From positions 2,976,001-3,040,000 of the forward strand of contig OZ024744.1 in assembly GCA_964016885.1 (NCBI GenBank): 64,000 nucleotides of DNA, written 5' to 3'. The stretch comes from Eledone cirrhosa (Eukaryota). Both the position numbers and the translations under genes were made by a program. Of the stretch, positions 53,001-62,000 are shown piece after piece. The notes beneath the pieces were generated by a model. It searched no databases and was not told where the DNA came from. It saw only the letters and a program-made list of their open reading frames with translations. Each line of letters opens with the position of its first letter. Positions within the stretch are counted from its first letter, which is position 1.

Positions 53001-56000
53001 GAAGACAAGGTAGAGAAAGATAGTTGGTGAAGAACGAAGTTTTGAGGGATGACAAGGTAGAGAAAGATAGCTTGGTGAAGAACGACGTTTTGAGGGAAGA
53101 CAAGGTAGAGAAAGATAGCTTGGTGAAGAACGACGTTTTGTGGGAAGACAAGGTAGAGAAAGATAGCTTGGTGAAGAACGAAGTTTTGGGGGAAGACAAG
53201 GTAGAGAAAGATAGCTTGGTGAAGAACGAAGTTTTGGGGAAGACAATGTAGAGAAAGATAGCTTGGTGAAGAACGAAGTTTTGGGGGAAGACAAGGTAGA
53301 GAAAGATAGCTTGGTGAAGAACGAAGTTTTGAGGGAAGACAAGGTAGAGAAAGATAGCTTGGTGAATAACGAAGTTTTGGGAGAAGACAAGGTAGAGAAA
53401 GATAGCTTGGTGAAGAACGACGTTTTGAGGGAAGACAAGGTAGAGAAAGATAGCTTGGTGAAGAACGAAGTTTTGGGGGAAGACAAGGTAGAGAAAGATA
53501 GCTTGGTGAAGAACGAAGTTTTGAGGGAAGACAAGGTAGAGAAAGATAGCTTGGTGAATAACGAAGTTTTGGGAGAAGACAAGGTAGAGAAAGATAGCTT
53601 GGTGAAGAACGACGTTTTGAGGGAAGACAAGGTAGAGAAAGATAGCTTGGTGAAGAACGACGTTTTGAGGGAAGACAAGGTAGAGAAAGATAGCTTGGTG
53701 AAGAACGACGTTTTGTGGGAAGACAAGGTAGAGAAAGATAGCTTGGTGAAGAACGAAGTTTTGGGGGAAGACAAGGTAGAGAAAGATAGCTTGGTGAAGA
53801 GGGAAGTTTTGGGAGAAGACAAGGTAGAGAAAGATAGCTTGGTGAAGAACGAAGTTTTGAGGGAAGACAAGGTAGAGAAAGATAGCTTGGTGAAGAACGA
53901 CGTTTTGAGGGAAGACAAGGTAGAGAAAGATAGCTTGGTGAAGAACGACGTTTTGTGGGAAGACAAGGTAGAGAAAGATAGCTTGGTGAAGAACGAAGTT
54001 TTGGGGGAAGACAAGGTAGAGAAAGATAGCTTGGTGAAGAACGAAGTTTTGGGGGAAGACAAGGTAGAGAAAGATAGCTTGGTGAAGAACGAAGTTTTGG
54101 GGGAAGACAAGGTAGAGAAAGATAGCTTGGTGAAGAACGAAGTTTTGGGGAAGACAATGTAGAGAAAGATAGCTTGGTGAAGAACGAAGTTTTGGGGGAA
54201 GACAAGGTAGAGAAAGATAGCTTGGTGAATAACGAAGTTTTGGGAGAAGACAAGGTCGAGAAAGATAGCTTGGTGAAGAACGAAATTTTGAGGGAAGACA
54301 AGGTAGAGAAAGATAGCTTGGTGAAGAACGACGTTTTGGTGGAAGACAAGGTAGAGAAAGATAGCTTGGTGAAGAACGATATTTTGGGGAAGACAATGTA
54401 GAGAAAGATAGCTTGGTGAAGAACGAAGTTTTGGGGGAAGACAAGGTAGAGAAAGATAGCTTGGTGAAGAACGAAGTTTTGAGGGAAGACAAGGTAGAGA
54501 AAGATAGCTTGGTGAATAACGAAGTTTTGGGAGAAGACAAGGTAGAGAAAGATAGTTGGTGAAGAACGAAGTTTTGAGGGATGACAAGGTAGAGAAAGAT
54601 AGCTTGGTGAAGAACGACGTTTTGAGGGAAGACAAGGTAGAGAAAGATAGCTTGGTGAAGAACGACGTTTTGTGGGAAGACAAGGTAGAGAAAGATAGCT
54701 TGGTGAAGAACGAAGTTTTGGGGGAAGACAAGGTAGAGAAAGATAGCTTGGTGAAGAACGAAGTTTTGGGGAAGACAATGTAGAGAAAGATAGCTTGGTG
54801 AAGAACGAAGTTTTGGGGGAAGACAAGGTAGAGAAAGATAGCTTGGTGAAGAACGAAGTTTTGAGGGAAGACAAGGTAGAGAAAGATAGCTTGGTGAATA
54901 ACGAAGTTTTGGGAGAAGACAAGGTAGAGAAAGATAGCTTGGTGAAGAACGACGTTTTGAGGGAAGACAAGGTAGAGAAAGATAGCTTGGTGAAGAACGA
55001 AGTTTTGGGGGAAGACAAGGTAGAGAAAGATAGCTTGGTGAAGAACGAAGTTTTGGGGGAAGACAAGGTAGAGAAAGATAGCTTGGTGAAGAACGAAGTT
55101 TTGGGGAAGACAATGTAGAGAAAGATAGCTTGGTGAAGAACGGAGTTTTGGGGGAAGACAAGGTAGAGAAAGATAGCTTGGTGAAGAACGAAGTTTTGGG
55201 GGAAGACAAGGTAGAGAAAGATAGCTTGGTGAAGAACGAAGTTTTGAGGGAAGACAATGTAGAGAAAGATAGCTTGGTGAAGAACGAAGTTTTGGGGAAG
55301 ATAATGTAGAGAAAGATAGCTTGGTGAAGAACGAAGTTTTGGGGAAGATAATGTAGAGAAAGATAGCTTGGTGAAGAACGAAGTTTTGGGGAAGACAATG
55401 TAGAGAAAGATAGCTTGGTGAAGAACGAAGTCTTGGAGGAAGACAAGGTAGAGAAAGATAGCTTGGTGAATAACGAAGTTTTGGGAGAAGACAAGGTCGA
55501 GAAAGATAGCTTGGTGAAGAACGAAATTTTGAGGGAAGACAAGGTAGAGAAAGATAGCTTGGTGAAGCACGACGTTTTGGTGGAAGACAAGGTAGAGAAA
55601 GATAGCTTGGTGAAGAACGAAGTTTTGAGGGAAGACAATGTAGAGAAAGATAGCTTGGTGAAGAACGAAGTTTTGGGGAAGATAATGTAGAGAAAGATAG
55701 CTTGGTGAAGAACGAAGTTTTGGGGAAGACAATGTAGAGAAACATAGCTTGGTGAAGAACGAAGTTTTGGGGGAAGACAAGGTAGAGAAAGATAGCTTGG
55801 TGAATAACGAAGTTTTGGGAGAAGACAAGGTCGAGAAAGATAGCTTGGTGAAGAACGAAATTTTGAGGGAAGACAAGGTAGAGAAAGATAGCTTGGTGAA
55901 GAACAACGTTTTGGTGGAAGACAAGGTAGAGAAAGATAGCTTGGTGAAGAACGATATTTTGGGGAAGACAAGGTAGAGAAAGATAGCTTGGTGAAGAACG

Positions 56001-59000
56001 AAGTTTTGGGGGAAGACAAGGTAGAGAAAGATAGCTTGGTGAAGAACGAAGTTTTGAGGGAAGACAAGGTAGAGAAAGATAGCTTGGTGAATAACGAAGT
56101 TTTGGGAGAAGACAAGGTAGAGAAAGATAGTTGGTGAAGAACGAAGTTTTGAGGGAAGACAAGGTAGAGAAAGATAGCTTGGTGAAGAACGACGTTTTGA
56201 GGGAAGACAAGGTAGAGAAAGATAGCTTGGTGAAGAACGACGTTTTGTGGGAAGACAAGGTAGAGAAAGATAGCTTGGTGAAGAACGAAGTTTTGGGGGA
56301 AGACAAGGTAGAGAAAGATAGCTTGGTGAAGAGGGAAGTTTTGGGAGAAGACAAGGTAGAGAAAGATAGCTTGGTGAAGAACGAAGTTTTGAGGGAAGAC
56401 AAGGTAGGGAAAGATAGCTTGGTGAAGAACGACGTTTTGAGGGAAGACAAGGTAGAGAAAGATGGCTTGGTGAAGAACGACGTTTTGTGGGAAGACAAGG
56501 TAGAGAAAGATAGCTTGGTGAAGAACGAAGTTTTGGGGGAAGACAAGGTAGAGAAAGATAGCTTGGTGAAGAACGAAGTTTTGGGGGAAGACAAGGTAGA
56601 GAAAGATAGCTTGGTGAAGAACGAAGTTTGGGGGAAGACAAGGTAGAGAAAGATAGCTTGGTGAAGAACGAAGTTTTGGGGAAGACAATGTAGAGAAGGA
56701 TAGCTTGGTGAAGAACGAAGTTTTGGGGGAAGACAAGGTAGAGAAAGATAGCTTGGTGAATAACGAAGTTTTGGGAGAAGACAAGGTAGAGAAAGATAGC
56801 TTGGTGAATAACGAAGTTTTGGGAGAAGACAAGGTAGAGAAAGATAGCTTGGTGAAGAACGACGTTTTGAGGGAAGACAAGGTAGAGAAAGATAGCTTGG
56901 TGAAGAACGAAGTTTTGGGGGAAGACAAGGTAGAGAAAGATAGCTTGGTGAAGAACGAAGTTTTGGGGGAAGACAAGGTAGAGAAAGATAGCTTGGTGAA
57001 GAACGAAGTTTTGGGGAAGACAATGTAGAGAAAGATAGCTTGGTGAAGAACGAAGTTTTGGGGGAAGACAAGGTAGAGAAAGATAGCTTGGTGAAGAAGG
57101 AAATTTTGAGGGAAGACAAGGTAGAGAAAAATAGCTTGGTGAAGAACGACGTTTTGGTGGAAGACAAGGTAGAGAAAGATAGCTTGGTGAAGAACGATGT
57201 TTTGGGGAAGACAAGGTAGAGAAAGATAGCTTGGTGAAGAACGAAGTTTTGGGGGTAGACAAGGTAGAGAAAGATAGCTTGGTGAAGAACGGAGTTTTGG
57301 GGGAAGACAAGGTAGAGAAAGATAGCTTGGTGAAGAACGACGTTTTGAGGGAAGACAAGGTAGAGAAAGATAGCTTGGTGAAGAACGACGTTTTGAGGGA
57401 AGACAAGGTAGAGAAAGATAGCTTGGTGAAGAACGACGTTTTGTGGGAAGACAAGGTAGAGAAAGATAGCTTGGTGAAGAACGAAGTTTTGGGGGAAGAC
57501 AAGGTAGAGAAAGATAGCTTGGTGAAGAGGGAAGTTTTGGGAGAAGACAAGGTAGAGAAAGATAGCTTGGTGAAGAACGAAGTTTTGAGGGAAGACAAGG
57601 TAGAGAAAGATAGCTTGGTGAAGAACGACGTTTTGAGGGAAGACAAGGTAGAGAAAGATAGCTTGGTGAAGAACGACGTTTTGTGGGAAGACAAGGTAGA
57701 GAAAGATAGCTTGGTGAAGAACGAAGTTTTGGGGGAAGACAAGGTAGAGAAAGATAGCTTGGTGAAGAACGAAGTTTTGGGGGAAGACAAGGTAGAGAAA
57801 GATAGCTTGGTGAAGAACGAAGTTTTGGGGGAAGACAAGGTAGAGAAAGATAGCTTGGTGAAGAACGAAGTTTTGGGGAAGACAATGTAGAGAAAGATAG
57901 CTTGGTGAAGAACGAAGTTTTGGGAGAAGACAAGGTAGAGAAAGATAGTTGGTGAAGAACGAAGTTTTGAGGGATGACAAGGTAGAGAAAGATAGCTTGG
58001 TGAAGAACGACGTTTTGAGGGAAGACAAGGTAGAGAAAGATAGCTTGGTGAATAACGAAGTTTTGGGAGAAGACAAGGTAGAGAAAGATAGTTGGTGAAG
58101 AACGAAGTTTTGAGGGAAGACAAGGTAGAGAAAGATAGCTTGGTGAAGAACGACGTTTTGAGGGAAGACAAGGTAGAGAAAGATAGCTTGGTGAAGAACG
58201 ACGTTTTGTGGGAAGACAAGGTAGAGAAAGATAGCTTGGTGAAGAACGAAGTTTTGGGGGAAGACAAGGTAGAGAAAGATAGCTTGGTGAAGAACGAAGT
58301 TTTGAGGGAAGACAAGGTAGAGAAAGATAGCTTGGTGAATAACGAAGTTTTGGGAGAAGACAAGGTAGAGAAAGATAGTTGGTGAAGAACGAAGTTTTGA
58401 GGGAAGACAAGGTAGAGAAAGATAGCTTGGTGAAGAACGACGTTTTGAGGGAAGACAAGGTAGAGAAAGATAGCTTGGTGAAGAACGACGTTTTGTGGGA
58501 AGACAAGGTAGAGAAAGATAGCTTGGTGAAGAACGAAGTTTTGGGGGAAGACAAGGTAGAGAAAGATAGCTTGGTGAAGAGGGAAGTTTTGGGAGAAGAC
58601 AAGGTAGAGAAAGATAGCTTGGTGAAGAACGAAGTTTTGAGGGAAGACAAGGTAGGGAAAGATAGCTTGGTGAAGAACGACGTTTTGAGGGAAGACAAGG
58701 TAGAGAAAGATGGCTTGGTGAAGAACGACGTTTTGTGGGAAGACAAGGTAGAGAAAGATAGCTTGGTGAAGAACGAAGTTTTGGGGGAAGACAAGGTAGA
58801 GAAAGATAGCTTGGTGAAGAACGAAGTTTTGGGGGAAGACAAGGTAGAGAAAGATAGCTTGGTGAAGAACGAAGTTTGGGGGAAGACAAGGTAGAGAAAG
58901 ATAGCTTGGTGAAGAACGAAGTTTTGGGGAAGACAATGTAGAGAAGGATAGCTTGGTGAAGAACGAAGTTTTGGGGGAAGACAAGGTAGAGAAAGATAGC

Positions 59001-62000
59001 TTGGTGAATAACGAAGTTTTGGGAGAAGACAAGGTAGAGAAAGATAGCTTGGTGAATAACGAAGTTTTGGGAGAAGACAAGGTAGAGAAAGATAGCTTGG
59101 TGAAGAACGACGTTTTGAGGGAAGACAAGGTAGAGAAAGATAGCTTGGTGAAGAACGAAGTTTTGGGGGAAGACAAGGTAGAGAAAGATAGCTTGGTGAA
59201 GAACGAAGTTTTGGGGGAAGACAAGGTAGAGAAAGATAGCTTGGTGAAGAACGAAGTTTTGGGGAAGACAATGTAGAGAAAGATAGCTTGGTGAAGAACG
59301 AAGTTTTGGGGGAAGACAAGGTAGAGAAAGATAGCTTGGTGAAGAAGGAAATTTTGAGGGAAGACAAGGTAGAGAAAAATAGCTTGGTGAAGAACGACGT
59401 TTTGGTGGAAGACAAGGTAGAGAAAGATAGCTTGGTGAAGAACGATGTTTTGGGGAAGACAAGGTAGAGAAAGATAGCTTGGTGAAGAACGAAGTTTTGG
59501 GGGTAGACAAGGTAGAGAAAGATAGCTTGGTGAAGAACGGAGTTTTGGGGGAAGACAAGGTAGAGAAAGATAGCTTGGTGAAGAACGACGTTTTGAGGGA
59601 AGACAAGGTAGAGAAAGATAGCTTGGTGAAGAACGACGTTTTGAGGGAAGACAAGGTAGAGAAAGATAGCTTGGTGAAGAACGACGTTTTGTGGGAAGAC
59701 AAGGTAGAGAAAGATAGCTTGGTGAAGAACGAAGTTTTGGGGGAAGACAAGGTAGAGAAAGATAGCTTGGTGAAGAGGGAAGTTTTGGGAGAAGACAAGG
59801 TAGAGAAAGATAGCTTGGTGAAGAACGAAGTTTTGAGGGAAGACAAGGTAGAGAAAGATAGCTTGGTGAAGAACGACGTTTTGAGGGAAGACAAGGTAGA
59901 GAAAGATAGCTTGGTGAAGAACGACGTTTTGTGGGAAGACAAGGTAGAGAAAGATAGCTTGGTGAAGAACGAAGTTTTGGGGGAAGACAAGGTAGAGAAA
60001 GATAGCTTGGTGAAGAACGAAGTTTTGGGGGAAGACAAGGTAGAGAAAGATAGCTTGGTGAAGAACGAAGTTTTGGGGGAAGACAAGGTAGAGAAAGATA
60101 GCTTGGTGAAGAACGAAGTTTTGGGGAAGACAATGTAGAGAAAGATAGCTTGGTGAAGAACGAAGTTTTGGGAGAAGACAAGGTAGAGAAAGATAGTTGG
60201 TGAAGAACGAAGTTTTGAGGGATGACAAGGTAGAGAAAGATAGCTTGGTGAAGAACGACGTTTTGAGGGAAGACAAGGTAGAGAAAGATAGCTTGGTGAA
60301 TAACGAAGTTTTGGGAGAAGACAAGGTAGAGAAAGATAGTTGGTGAAGAACGAAGTTTTGAGGGAAGACAAGGTAGAGAAAGATAGCTTGGTGAAGAACG
60401 ACGTTTTGAGGGAAGACAAGGTAGAGAAAGATAGCTTGGTGAAGAACGACGTTTTGTGGGAAGACAAGGTAGAGAAAGATAGCTTGGTGAAGAACGAAGT
60501 TTTGGGGGAAGACAAGGTAGAGAAAGATAGCTTGGTGAAGAGGGAAGTTTTGGGAGAAGACAAGGGAGAGAAAGATAGCTTGGTGAAGAACGAAGTTTTG
60601 AGGGAAGACAAGGTAGAGAAAGATAGCTTGGTGAAGAACGACGTTTTGAGGGAAGACAAGGTAGAGAAAGATAGCTTGGTGAAGAACGACGTTTTGTTGG
60701 GAAGACAAGGTAGAGAAAGATAGCTTGGTGAAGAACGAAGTTTTGGGGGAAGACAAGGTAGAGAAAGATAGCTTGGTGAAGAACGAAGTTTTGGGGGAAG
60801 ACAAGGTAGAGAAAGATAGCTTGGTGAAGAACGAAGTTTTGGGGGAAGACAAGGTAGAGAAAGATAGCTTGGTGAAGAACGAAGTTTTGGGGAAGACAAT
60901 GTAGAGAAAGATAGCTTGGTGAAGAACGAAGTTTTGGGGGAAGACAAGGTAGAGAAAGATAGCTTGGTGAATAACGAAGTTTTGGGAGAAGACAAGGTCG
61001 AGAAAGATAGCTTGGTGAAGAACGAAATTTTGAGGGAAGACAAGGTAGAGAAAGATAGCTTGGTGAAGAACGACGTTTTGGTGGAAGACAAGGTAGAGAA
61101 AGATAGCTTGGTGAAGAACGAAGTTTTGGGGGAAGACAAGGTAGAGAAAGATAGCTTGGTGAAGAACGAAGTTTTGAGGGAAGACAAGGTAGAGAAAGAT
61201 AGCTTGGTGAATAACGAGGTTTTGGGAGAAGACAAGGTAGAGTAAGATAGTTGGTGAAGAACGAAGTTTTGAGGGATGACAAGGTAGAGAAAGATAGCTT
61301 GGTGAAGAACGACGTTTTGAGGGAAGACAAGGTAGAGAAAGATAGCTTGGTGAAGAACGACGTTTTGTGGGAAGACAAGGTAGAGAAAGATAGCTTGGTG
61401 AAGAACGAAGTTTTGGGGGAAGACAAGGTAGAGAAAGATAGCTTGGTGAAGAACGAAGTTTTGGGGAAGACAATGTAGAGAAAGATAGCTTGGTGAAGAA
61501 CGAAGTTTTGGGGGAAGACAAGGTAGAGAAAGATAGCTTGGTGAAGAACGAAGTTTTGAGGGAAGACAAGGTAGAGAAAGATAGCTTGGTGAATAACGAA
61601 GTTTTGGGAGAAGACAAGGTAGAGAAAGATAGCTTGGTGAAGAACGACGTTTTGAGGGAAGACAAGGTAGAGAAAGATAGCTTGGTGAAGAACGAAGTTT
61701 TGGGGGAAGACAAGGTAGAGAAAGATAGCTTGGTGAAGAACGAAGTTTTGGGGGAAGACAAGGTAGAGAAAGATAGCTTGGTGAAGAACGAAGTTTTGGG
61801 GAAGACAATGTAGAGAAAGATAGCTTGGTGAAGAACGAAGTTTTGGGGGAAGACAAGGTAGAGAAAGATAGCTTGGTGAAGAAGGAAATTTTGAGGGAAG
61901 ACAAGGTAGAGAAAAATAGCTTGGTGAAGAACGACGTTTTGGTGGAAGACAAGGTAGAGAAAGATAGCTTGGTGAAGAACGATGTTTTGGGGAAGACAAG

